DNA of 56,475 bases, the filler included, from Sphacelaria rigidula (lineage: Eukaryota): assembly GCA_964200075.2 (NCBI GenBank). It is 7 parts of 7 records of this genome, joined end to end, with 100 filler letters (N's around TTAATTAATTAA, not from the genome) between each part and the next. Parts side by side here need not be neighbours in the genome. Positions count along the whole stretch, not along the records: positions 40,414 to 48,394 come from CAXNAA020012749.1; positions 48,495 to 56,475 come from CAXNAA020012750.1; 5 more parts are not named here. One strand, written 5' to 3'. Numbering within the stretch: the first letter of the stretch is position 1; every line of letters starts with the position of its first letter. Positions 45,079 through 56,475 of this stretch are shown piece by piece. The notes below the pieces were generated by a model, which did no database searches, had not been told where the DNA came from, and saw only the letters and a program-made list of their open reading frames with translations. Position numbers and translations under genes: made by a program.

Positions 45079-48000
45079 TGACAACGCGCTTGCTTCGCGA
45101 GAATATACATACTTTATATGCGCCTACTTCACGTCTTTTACACGCGGCCATTCAGCTACCCTCATAAAAATCCTTTATCACGATTCTCTTTTACCCTCGA
45201 GAGGATATTTCATCCCCAGGTGCGATCATAAATGAATCCTCTGGAGGGCATCTGATGTTCCAGTGACTTCTGAGGTCTGAATCCCTCGAGAATATAAGAG
45301 AAGATGGTGCTCTGGAGGCCCGCGCATCCTCTAAATTCCTCCGGGGGATCCGCTGCCCTCCAGAGGCAAAACAAGGCTCCGGAGGCGTTTGATCCCACCC
45401 CTCTGGAGGGCCGCGAAAAGTTGACCGGAACAGAGTATTTTGGGGGGTAATAGCCGAGTGGCCGCGTGTGTTGTTGTGGCGTTGTGGCAGTATCCTCTCA
45501 CGAGGCGAGCCTTTTAGCATGAGGAGAAAACGACAATTAATTGGGGTATTCGAAGTTTTAAATTTGTTTTTTCATCGAAAAATGCAACTCTCTGTCTGTT
45601 CTACCTTCTTGTTTCGATCATTTTTCTCCAGGGAGGGAGTTTCCATGTTATTTTTATTCCGACTACGCCTGATTTCCATTTGACCACTGCTGGATCCCTG
45701 GAGGATCAGTTAGGTACGATGATCATTCACACTGGCGGGCCAGTTGAGCGCACGCCGTTGGGCAGCCATTATTATTCTTGTCACTCTGCTCCTCCACCCC
45801 ATACATACCCACTTGTTTTCGAGCGAACATATTACTGTTGGGGTGGTCAGTGGACTTGCCCCTACCGTCAGTGCGCACGTGTGGATTGCAAGCCCAAACT
45901 TGACTACATCCGGCTTCTATCCTTTCGTAGAACTGACTGCATCTATTCAGAAAACCTTACGTTTGAATCAAACCTAGAGGGAAAAGCAACGAATCCAGGA
46001 TCACTCACCACGGCGGTGTTCACCAGCGGGCTTGTGACTGCTGATTTCCCCCTGCTTCTTGTTCCGTGCTTGTTGTCGCGTAGGCGAGTGGCGACTGTTG
46101 AGGAATGACTTGTTACCAGGAGCTGAGGGACCGGGTGGTGGAATTCTAGGCTAGGTCCTCCTGCTGTACTCTGCCGTATGGTTTATCGTTGTACAATATA
46201 TACCCCGGTGGGTTCGAACAAATATATGCTGCATACGGCCCACCGTGCTTCACAAACGAAACACGCACTTGGGCCCCAGGATGGCTCATTTGTTTCTCAC
46301 TGTCATTTTGAGAGTGAAAATGATGCCAATTCATCAACCCGGCGGCCACATTGTATCCATGGGTTGAGTCGGCATCTTTTGTCATTTTCCTCGAAATTGA
46401 TTGCGGCTCATCTATCTGAGATCATGCATACGTCCGACCGGCATCGTTTCTCTTCTTGGACGCAGTGGAGCAATCGTAAGAAGCAAGAAGACCCAAACAA
46501 CCAGACCATTCACCCTTTGACCAGCAGAGGTCGTCCGTGTGTGGAATCGGCATCCATCATTTTCGCTTGAATGTGACTGAAAGTAACACTGATTCCACAA
46601 ATTGACCGCACGATTGCGGCGGTGAAAGGCTCAGTAACCCTTCGACCGCCAGGCCTGCTCTCGGGACATTGTCTTCGGCCACCTATGCCCCCATAACCCC
46701 AGCGGTGCTAGAGTTATCGCTCAGCAGCTGCCCTCTTTTAACCCTTGGACTACGAACGTAGTCCATCTGGACTAGGCATACTTTTTCGAGTGGAATTGAT
46801 GCCGATTCAGCAGATGACTGTTCCTGCCTTCCAAGGGCTAGTTTCGACCGGTATTCGTCCGGATAATATATATAGACTGACTGGGGCATTCTCTGCTCGT
46901 CGAACGCAGCTCCACAAGCCATCCATTCCTTTCACCGAAATGAAATCTGAGACTCTCTTCACTTTTCCCCAATAAACGGGTTTTCACGCAGTAATTTATG
47001 GTATCGCGACTTGGACATGAGCTATGTCCAAGTCCAGCGAGTGTAATACCTGTCGGGAATGGCCATGTCCAAGAACACAATAGGGTGGAGCGCGTACACA
47101 CGACAGACAGCCTCGGGATCAGCACATGTACACCCATACCAATATGAACGCCACGACTCCTTCTCATGTTCTCATCGTCCATCGCCATATCACTGACTGA
47201 ACCTATCCACGAGCACGACGACCTGCCTCGGTGCTACGGAAAATGCTACGCAAGTTGTACAACGAGCTTTGAATCCATACATTGCCCCGCTAAGCACGGG
47301 AGCCCCATCACGATGCCGTAGAGTCGTGGACAAGAGATGGGACGATGGTCTTCTTCCTCGCAGCTCGTGCAGTACGGACATGGGAAATCGACCCACTGAT
47401 CGCGTGTGGAGGACACCGCCCGTGCCACAAAGAATAATGGGTGAACTCATGAAGCCACCCTATACAGTAGCGGCTGGTACACGTTATTCGCACTTTGTAC
47501 CCAACAGCCCCAGGTTACACGGACTGGCAGAGGGCAATGTACATGGAGCGTGTATGAAGTTGGTAGCACCGGTCTCGACGTTAGCATACGACGCGAACGA
47601 GATAAACAACGTGTACATTTCCACGTCATTGAACACTGCGTGGTCACATGCCCAAGCTGCCTAGGTATAACCTGGGTGTATCGCGGGATACCGCGAATAA
47701 AATGCACTTGCGGCCATCACCTGTTGTTGGCGTCCTTGTTTGCAACGCTGCCGCTATCAATCTCAAGCACATGATGATCGAGAGAATCAGGAGTGATTGT
47801 TCTGCTGAGGTAGGTCGTTGTATGAACGAGAAATAAATGATGGGCATGATGGCTGCATGCCACTTCCGACACGATGTTGCTTCGCGTACAAGTCCCCCTC
47901 AAGCGTGCACTTCCATGAGAAACATGTGTAACCCAGGCACAAGTAGATTGCGCTGTGCTTGTTTTGATTTCTAGCTTTATGTGTTTTTTGCTATGAGTGG

Positions 48001-49349
48001 CGTAAGGACGAGTAGTTTGGCTCGGGAAGCCTGGTATCATGAGCACTGGAGTGTGTTTCAGTCTTTCTCGCCGTAATTTTCGTGCGAGCGTTCAGGCGGA
48101 TTTGTGTTCCGAAAAAATATGTCACGAGGTATTATTGGGGTGGAGGGCTTCGAAAGTGCCGATATACCTCTATTGGTTCAAGTCCTAGACGATTGAGGTC
48201 CTGTTTACGTAGTAGTGCAGGTGTGCGCGTGTTGGGCATGTGCCACTCACGCTGCTTTGAGGGGCACGAACACCGGATCTACAAATTGGGGGTGGATTTT
48301 TATTGAGGATGAAAACCCGGAGAAACAGCCGATCATCCATGTTGAGGATGGAGATTTTCATTGAGGATGAGAACCCGGAGGATTAAAATCTTCGNNNNNN
48401 NNNNNNNNNNNNNNNNNNNNNNNNNNNNNNNNNNNNNNTTAATTAATTAANNNNNNNNNNNNNNNNNNNNNNNNNNNNNNNNNNNNNNNNNNNNCCCGGC
48501 TTTGTAGGGATGCGAGGTCAATGGTCTGATGACTATGGCAGGCATGATCATGAGTACACCCCCCCTGCGGCGGTAGTGGGAGCTGTTTTTCTTCACATTA
48601 AGAAACTCAATGAATAACCACTCTGGGGCGACTTGGGTGAGGTAGCGCCCATGATTGTTGGCCCTATCTGCCACCACAAGATGCGACGCAAATTGAACGC
48701 AAATTGACGGTGCAGATAGTTGCGTCTAGCTTGATTGAGCAAGCATTGCACAGCATTGTGGTATTTGTCTGGTGTTGTTCTTGTCGTGAAAGTATGATGT
48801 GCAATGTATTGCCGAAACCCATAAATGTAATTTGACCTTGGCTCCGAAGGTGAGCGAAGAACTAAAGCTTCATGAGCGCGAATGATTTTTTTTTATATTT
48901 TTCATTTCATTTCATTTTTCTTGTTTCTTTATTGCGTATGAGATTTAGTACCCCCCCCCGAAAGAGTCCGGGATTCAAAAAAGGGGAGGATGCAAACAAG
49001 CCAAGGCTGGCAGCACGCGGAGATAAGAGCGCAAAATGATTGACGTCCGGACCCACAAGCACGCATGCGGTTGAATGGCAATCCATGTGTTGTATTTTGT
49101 GGTGGCGGATTACCGTTTGTGTGCTATTTTTCATTCCAGATGTGTGTCGTGCCATGAAACAACAAACCTGGCATATATCCGCAATGTCACTTGGAGGTGT
49201 GGTGACCACGAATACCGTACTGTACTGTCTGTACCTGCACTGTTGTCAGGTGCAGACCCCAATCCTGTTGCCATTTTCTTCGTAATCATGTAAGCATCTT
49301 TGTTACAAACGCCCAGTCCTAAAAATGGTAAAAACATAGCCGGTAACGG

Positions 49350-49611
49350 CAAACTTGAAATAAACTGGATAAACTGGATTCCTCATCACCAGTTCCAGTT
49401 CAACTCCAGTTCCAGTTGAACTGCCAGTACAAACTGGTCCAGTTCACAGCCCTACAAATATCGCAAATTTTTCTCGCCTCCGGCGGCGCTCGCCGCCGAT
49501 TGTTTTCCGGTTCATCGACGAAGTCGATCAACTGGAAAAACAATCGATGTACTGGCCGCTGGCGCGGCCAGTTTAAACTTAAGTGGCCAGAGCGGCCAGT
49601 TCACAGCCCTA
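49350..49611. mobile_element. hAT-like end fragments with CCAGT/ACTGG subterminal array
   Basis: ccagttcacagcccta (reverse complement TAGGGCTGTGAACTGG) occurs at 49439-49454 and 49596-49611, with many ccagt/actgg motifs. Confidence 0.6.
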
Positions 49612-50059
49612 ATAATTTCCCTTTTTTTTTGTCATGCTTTCAACCGCTGCCCTTCCTTGGTACCGTACTGAGATAGGAGGAAAGCTTACTTCTCCCTCTG
49701 TACTGTACATACTTCGTCATCGAGGATTGAACGAGGACCACTCCCGTCCCGCGTCATTCCCGTCAATTCTTCATTCTCCTTTGCTAGTTACGCCCTCAAC
49801 GCTTCCAACAACGGGGACCAGATCCTGCTGAAGAAGACCCCAACAGGCCGTGGCTGATCATCTTAATCGAGACGCCAGTGCCGCGGCATTGGTACCGACA
49901 AAGACATGCGGCACAGTGCTCAGGTACGAAAATGAACTCAACATCCACAAGACAAACGGGGGTTTCGTCTTTTTTTTTCCGCGGCTCCGGCCGCCCATCC
50001 ATCGTATACCGCTACTGAGAACAGCAGTACTGATCCTACTGTCGAATGAGGCGGCTTAC

Positions 50060-50212
50060 CAGGACCATGAGTGCTGCGTAGACCCTGAAGATGGTGTACT
50101 TGACGGTATCGCACGATATGCTATAGTCGGCCCGAAGGTAGGACTTCCCTACTACGGCAGAGCTGTCGCATGCGAACGTCCTGAAGATCAACGTCGACGC
50201 TGACGTGAACAC
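50060..50212 (-). CDS. Adhesin-like gene exon (VFTSAST...AALMVL)
   Basis: tgcag acceptor, gtaagc donor, 153 nt. Confidence 0.88.
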
Positions 50213-53200
50213 CTGCATACCCAATCCAGTTATGTTGTACGAGTCAGAGAGCAGAGAAATGACAATTCATCACATAACGTCAAGCAACTCGAGAAAAAAT
50301 GGCCCACTGTCTCAGCCGGAGGGACCAAGTAAACTAGGAGCGAGGCTGATGATACCCAGACGCTGCTGTTAGTCTCCCCGTGTTAAGGAGAGAGCATGCT
50401 TCATCGATCGAGCAGCAACCGTTTCGAGACAACCCCATGCTTGCGAAAAAAAAATGAAAACGATGCGGTGGTTCTTGTTTGGCCTACTGCCGCGCGCCCG
50501 GGAGGACGCAACGTTGATTATCACAACACAGAGTGTTTTCGTCAAGGTACTTGCACGCCTTCACCGGGGAGCCACGAATCACAATCAAAACGGCCCGCCC
50601 ACGCGCGGCATTTCCGATTGCATCGACAACCGCTGCACTCATTCCCACGTACCTTGACAGCACGTGCAACATGTGCAAGGCGTTGTCACCCGACCTCTGG
50701 GACGGCACACGGAGAAAATGTTGCTGCAGGCCATTGGAAAGACAGAAACATGGTAGAGTGGGCGCTTGCGCAAACGTTCCTCGTATTTGTCCATTCTCCA
50801 ATTCTCGATTAGAAGTAATGCTGTAGTGAGCTCACCATCCGGGCCCCAACTACAGACGAGGCTCGAGCTGTCCGCTTGCATTAGTTCATTGGGATCCCGG
50901 ACAATTGCCCACCTTACTGATATCTACACTCGACGAATGGAAGACCGACCGATAAATAACACGTTCGCGACGAACACTCGACGACACATCAAAAACGTGG
51001 ACAGAATGCATGTCACGAAAACACGAGCACGCAGAAAAAGTAATCCCGACAACAGGAAGAACGCGATGGTCAATAAATAACCGAACATCCTCACCAGGAA
51101 GGTGACGAGCAAGCCTGCCGCCATGTGCCTCGACCATGCCGCCCGTCGCGCCACAATCCCCGCCGACCCAATCCCGGCCCGACTCTTGGCCAAGTGGTAC
51201 GTCAGCACCAGCACCAGCAGCAAAATCAAAGGCCCCAGTGTGGCGACCAACAGTCTCCCATAGTGATTAAGCGTTGGCAGCAAGCACGACGCCGAGAAGA
51301 TGTGGCCCAAGTCCATATTCACGAAGTCGATCCAGTTCAGGAATCGCGCGTAAACGGGCGGGAACTCCACGGCGGTAATGCTCGGGAAAATGGCCAAGAT
51401 CTGCCACACCACGACCAAGATTTTGAGCTTGTCCAGCGGCAGCTTCGACATCCAACGCTGGATTGTCGTTCCAAATCCGCAACAACCCGACTTCTGATCT
51501 TGCCCCTCCTCCGACGCTGCCGCCGCCTTCACACGCTGACCCTCGCCTCCGCGTTGCTGGTCATCTTCGACAGCGGCCCCCACTCCGATACCTCTCCCGC
51601 TGCCAGGAACGCCTTCTTTCGTACCGTCTGGGCGCGACAACAGGCCGAACTGCGATACACTACCAGAATCACTTCTCATGGAACGATCAGCGCCGCTGTC
51701 GCCAGTTTGGTCTATCCGAACATCGGACCCCACTCGCGGAAGCGGATTGGCACCGTCACGCCCGCCCTCGCGCGTGTCTTGTCCGGCACCCACCGTTGTT
51801 CCGCCGGCGTTGATTTCGTCATCCGAAGATGGATCGAAAGCGGGAGCGAACGCACGGGGACCCGAGATGGACACGTCGGTCGGCGATACTTTACGATTGT
51901 GGGAGAGCGGGAGGTCCACCATGACCACTCGGGCGCTACTGGAGCCAACGGTTGCTGCACCGTGCCTGGTCCACTTCCCGCTGGTGCTCTTTCCCACGTG
52001 GAACGAGGATGCGATGGAGTCCTTCACGGAGCCCACCGCGTCCAGGCCCCCGACCAGAAAGATGACCGCGAGTACGAGCAAAACGAGCAGCACCAACGAG
52101 AAGATGGCGCCCAGTGCGATAAGGAGGCCGGCCTTCGTGCCGTCGCAGGAGTAGCACGTGTTATCCACTCCCCTGCCGTACCCAGCTTCGCACACAGCGC
52201 AGTCTGAATGCCAACCACCAGAGATAACACGTCAGCGAAGGCGAACGTCAGTTAGTATCCCAGCCCTTACGTTCGTCACAGTTCCCATATGCGTCTGGTC
52301 AATAACGCATATATACCCGCGCTGTGTCACGCCGTTTTCGTGTATATCTACATCGGTTTTGAGACCAAATCTAGGATAAACTTGTGGACCCAAGGCCTTG
52401 GGACAAAGACTTTGCACAAAAGCTTGCACACGCTGTAATTCTCCACAGTGTTCAGGTTAGGGGACCTTGTGCGGCTGCTGCAGCTCATACAACGGCGCAT
52501 GACATTATCACACATAGCTCAGGCAAAATACCTCACCAGAAACCTATATCGCTGCCTTCACCACGGGCTCATATAGCGCAAAATGTCGCACTTTCTTGAC
52601 ATTGCGGCTGGAAAATTACGCGCATGTACTTCAGCAATCGTTTGGCATACCGCTTTCGATCGTAGGGTCGGTGGTAATCCGCGACAAAAACCGCCGACGA
52701 TGTAAGAAGTAGCGTTGAGATACAATGAAAGGTTATTATTTTACACCTCAACTGTAGGAACGCTCGACGGCAAGAGACTTGCCGACCAACCCCCAAGCAA
52801 AGCACGTCTTGGGCATCCGGACAAAGAGCACCGCTGTTTGTCATGCTGCACCATCACACTTTGTTGTTCGAGTAAATTAAAAAAAAAGAGTTCGGTGGGC
52901 ACGACCATGATCGAGCAACCAAGTGCGAACGCCACCAAACGGCTACGGACATTCAAGAGCATAGTAGAGAAACGCACCTCATCCGACCAGAAAAACCAAC
53001 AAGAAAAAGCAATACCACGGCGAAATACTCACAGGGTCCGACGTAGCCATCCGCACAGTAATCGTCCGAAGTCACGATGCTTGAGCCACCCGCGCACGCG
53101 TCGGAATGCACGCACGAATGAATCTCGGTCGACGAGCTGTTCTCACGCCAATATCCCCCCTTCAGCGGCAACGAAGCCAGCGTAGCCCCGGGCTCATTGC

Positions 53201-55877
53201 AATCTACACCCTCGCCGTCGCCCAAGAGACCTCCGCATGATAGACAATGTATGCCTCTCGAGTCCGAAGAAGCGGACGAGGCAGTAGTAGATTCGTTTGC
53301 CTCAAACGGCACCGCGTACTGGAACCCCCTGCACAGGAAAAACATAGAGGGCACCTCCAGCTCCGACACCACCGCCGGCTCGTCGCTGCTGTCCCCTCCG
53401 ACGACGGAGAGCGTGAAGCTATTGCTCAGGCTCCCTCCAACGTCATCCGTGATATGGGTTCCGGAGACGTTAACTATGATGCTGTCCCCTGGCCCCAGAA
53501 TCCCACTCGAGGGAATCACCTCGAGCTCAAGCTCCGGCGACTGATACGACAACTCCCAGATGGCATCCGTGACCCCATCTTCTTCAGCGGAGACCAACAG
53601 TGTGAACAGGACCGGCTGGGGAAGGTACGTTTCATTCGGCGGGGTTTTCTCGACATTCAAAGACACGGTTGCGGGGTTGTTCAAGCAAGCATCTTCGGAA
53701 AGACACTCGCACAGCACCCCCAGGAGGCTGTCGACGCATGCTCCACCGTCGCCGCACACATCCGGGTCGCTGCAGGTCACCGCGTGGTCCACGAGGTAGC
53801 TCGGGTCCGCGGCCCCCGATATGGTCCACTTTGACACTCGCGCGTTCCGAATCTTCGCGTCGGAGGAGGGAGAGATGACCATGGTGTCTGCAGCACTCTC
53901 GCTGAAGTCACACTCATCCAACACGAGCGACGAGTCGTCGAAGGCACCGTTCTGGATCACCGTGTCGCCAAGCCACCCTTCGAATACGCATCCCACGCCT
54001 TCGAAGGTAGACGTACCTTCCAGCTGGACCGCACGGTTGAGGTGGTCGCTTGCGGTGCTGCTCGACCCGGCCTTGAACCTGACGTTTCGTGCCTCCACAG
54101 GACTCTTTACAACGTACATCGTGCTTCCGCCTCTGGCCTCGTTCGAGTCTAATGTCATGTCTCGAAAAACCGCTTGCGTGGTCACGTGGGTGAGAAACAC
54201 ACCCGGCCCTTGTGGCGACTTGTTCCCAACTACATCGCAGCTGACGTCGAGCGATGTTGCGTCTCGAGCGTAGATCCCTCCACCTTGCTCGCCCGCATTG
54301 TTTCTCTCGACCAAAGCTCCTTCGCACAACAAGCTCGCCTCCTCTTCCAGAAACACGAATCCTCCGAAGTATCTGCTTATCGCCGAAGGCGTACGTGGAT
54401 ATGGTGAAAAACAGACATACAGACCTACAGGCCAACAGAATATTCCAATTTTCGCGGCAGCGGACGTGACTGATAAAGACGAGGAAAAAATGTTCCAACA
54501 GATTGCCCCGCGAATGTGCTGACAGAACAAACCAATGCGACAGAGTGTTAACTTCGATAAACGTACACAGACTAAGATTGAATAGCGAGCTTCCCTTCCA
54601 GCCTTCGCTCGATAGTGCCCAACTTTCGAGGACGGATACGGCAAGAGAGGCACCAACATTCGAGTGGCCAACGCTCAGTTCTTCTTCAGCGTCCCTTCTC
54701 ACAACTATTAGACTCGATGCTACTTCAGCCCTTGAACTGATTAGAAACACTTCAGGCTGAAAAAATGTGGGCGTGTGTTTGCATGAACGCTGTGGTACAT
54801 CCTGACTAACATCGCCGCACATGCTACATACACATACGATGTAGATACAGCAGCTCTTCCTGCGGGGCCTCCGTCAAAGCTTTATTTAGGACATCGTGTA
54901 CACTGGAGCTGCCCTTGTTTCACCTGGCTGTGTTATTGAAGAATTCCCCTCCTGTAATGGTCACCAAAGTAGTCTTCCCCCAGGCCACCACCGCGCCCCC
55001 TAGCTCTTTTGCCTCATTATCGCTGTATACACCCCCAGAAATTGTGACCGCCGAGCCGTTATATCCCTTGTCATCGTCCTCCCCTGAGCAGTAAACCTGC
55101 ATCGCGGATCACATCGATACAACAGAGAGATCCACAAAACGCAGCAGCATACCTCAGTCAACGAGCGAAAGCCGACTTGACCACCACCATGAACAACTCC
55201 ACACGACGAAAAAACTGCAACCCATCTCTCCGGCCTCCAGCACGATAACAAGCGTATCACAGGATCGTACCCCAAATACACGCATATCCTTGAGTCATCA
55301 TCCAACACACTCCACATCCAGCCTTCAAACCGCTGATCTCATGTTTGAATCAGTAAAAGTCCGACAAAGATGTCACTTCCAACTGGAAAGTACCATCCTG
55401 AACAGAAATAGAAACAAAGTCAGAAGGATGACAACAGCGAAGGTCCCGCTATAGTGTGGTGGGTCGCTAGTGACAGATGTGGGACTCCGCACTCCCACCG
55501 GTATAGCGCAGTTATATAATACACCCATATAGTGCACTTGCACTATTAGAGTATAGCGGATAGATGTTAACATGAGCTGTTATCATCAACACACCATGAT
55601 GGGACCCCATACATTGGAGATAACACCAAGATGGGACCCCGTTTTTGAGAGAATAGCACTGAGGTGGGACCCCGTGCTTGATACGACTGCATTGTGGTGG
55701 GATGCCCTCTGTAACTCACCGCGCCTGCCCTTCGATCCGCTACGCCGCCCGTTGCGTTGCCTCCCGAAATAAGCACCTCGGCTGCCGCGGACGCGAACAG
55801 AAACGCGCCGTTTTCGCTGCAACGGCAGCCGAAGAACTTCCCGCCTTCCACTCTTACCACGGAATTGCTTGCCGCAT
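50060..55877 (-). CDS. Spliced gene, partial at both ends: Pmp/adhesin-like beta-helix + Cys-rich + multi-pass membrane protein
   Basis: Exons 55720-55877, 54924-55096, 53033-54372, 51095-52203, 50060-50212 join in phase. NxA..GG repeats, Cys-rich GYWRE...CADGYVGP|YCAVCEAGY, TM segments KLKILVVVWQI and LLVTFL|VFTSAST..FACD...YLRADYSISC. Confidence 0.88.
51095..52203 (-). CDS. Adhesin-like gene exon with first TM, long loop and further TM segments
   Basis: ttcag acceptor, gtgagg donor, phase 1 to 0, overlapping ORF 50924-52195. Confidence 0.9.
53033..54372 (-). CDS. Adhesin-like gene large extracellular exon
   Basis: agcag acceptor, gtgagt donor, phase 2 to 1, within ORF 52953-54671. Confidence 0.9.
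54924..55096 (-). CDS. Adhesin-like gene exon (VYCSGED...NNTAR)
   Basis: tgcag acceptor, gtgaaa donor, phase 0 to 2. Confidence 0.85.
55720..55877 (-). CDS. Adhesin-like gene exon (AASNSVVRVEGG...RRAGA)
   Basis: aacag acceptor, gtgagt donor. Confidence 0.75.
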
Positions 55878-56199
55878 CTGTTTTTGTGGCATGTTTTCGA
55901 GGAGAGCGGGGACGGACGGAGAGGTATATCATCATGACGGCATCTGAAGTGAGCGCATACTCGGCGCATAGTGCGGTTGTTGGTGTACATGCTACTGAAA
56001 GCGAGCACATTATTGTCAATTGATTGTACTGTGCTTTGCGTTGTTGCACTATTATAAAATAAGCACTTTTATCTAGACAAAAGACGTATCAACATATACT
56101 TTCTTGTCTTGGGCACATCAGCGCCTGCATTCTCTTGGACTTTGTCTGAACACGACACTCGACTTCCATCGAAACGGCTGAACCTACATTGGAGACTAG

Positions 56200-56255
56200 A
56201 GCGACAGCTTCTCTCCCGACAGCTTCGCTCCCGACAGCTTCGCTCCCGACAGCGG
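56200..56255. repeat. 15-bp minisatellite (cgacagcttcgctcc) x ~3.5
   Basis: Direct inspection. Confidence 0.85.
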
Positions 56256-56475
56256 CGTCGACGGTAGGACTCGTTGTCACATGCGGATAGATGCCGCGTG
56301 ATGGGAATTGACGCTAATGAAAGATTATGCCGAGTACCAGCGTAAGATGAAGGATCACCGCACCGAACCAACACCCCTGGCGACGAAATCATCTGCTCCC
56401 ACGACATGTTGTGCGGCGTGGGAGAACCTCAACTCCGCACAATGGGAATGATCGTACTACGTAGTGTTCACATGG

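Noticed and set aside
46100-48050. Many short ORFs on both strands
   Set aside because: No recognisable family and no coherent exon chain.
51125-52207. 360-aa ORF on the plus strand
   Set aside because: Antisense shadow of a GC-rich exon of the adhesin-like gene.
54373-54671. N-terminal ~100 aa of the 572-aa ORF
   Set aside because: It lies upstream of a phase-compatible acceptor at 54372, and upstream exons exist, so it is read-through intron.
10035-55877. Functional cluster of cell-surface/Ca2+ genes (beta-helix, anoctamin, adhesin-like)
   Set aside because: The three genes are on different contigs joined artificially, so their proximity is meaningless.

Overview
Eukaryotic, repeat-rich genomic DNA, most likely from a brown alga (Phaeophyceae), judged from intron style, gene families and repeat types. 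The window is not one locus. It is seven unrelated contigs (7984, 7983, 7982, 7982, 7982, 7981, 7981 bp, in descending size order) joined by identical 100-bp N44-TTAATTAATTAA-N44 linkers. Three partial spliced genes can be rebuilt with consistent GT-AG phases: a parallel beta-helix protein with an acidic Ser/Thr tail ending in RGD (+, 10035-14238), an anoctamin/TMEM16 (-, 34029-39510), and a Pmp/adhesin-like multi-pass membrane protein (-, 50060-55877). There are two identical tandem tRNA-Glu(CTC) genes. The rest is largely transposon material: a Gypsy chromodomain with its 3' LTR, a decayed Copia, RTE-type LINE pieces, SINE-like repeats and many MITEs. The most notable signal is a TGT...ACA MITE family with 4-5-bp target-site duplications (TSDs) that carries a variable-length internal telomeric (TTAGGG)n tract. 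A second MITE family with different ends also carries such a tract. All family assignments come from motif recognition by eye and no searches were run.
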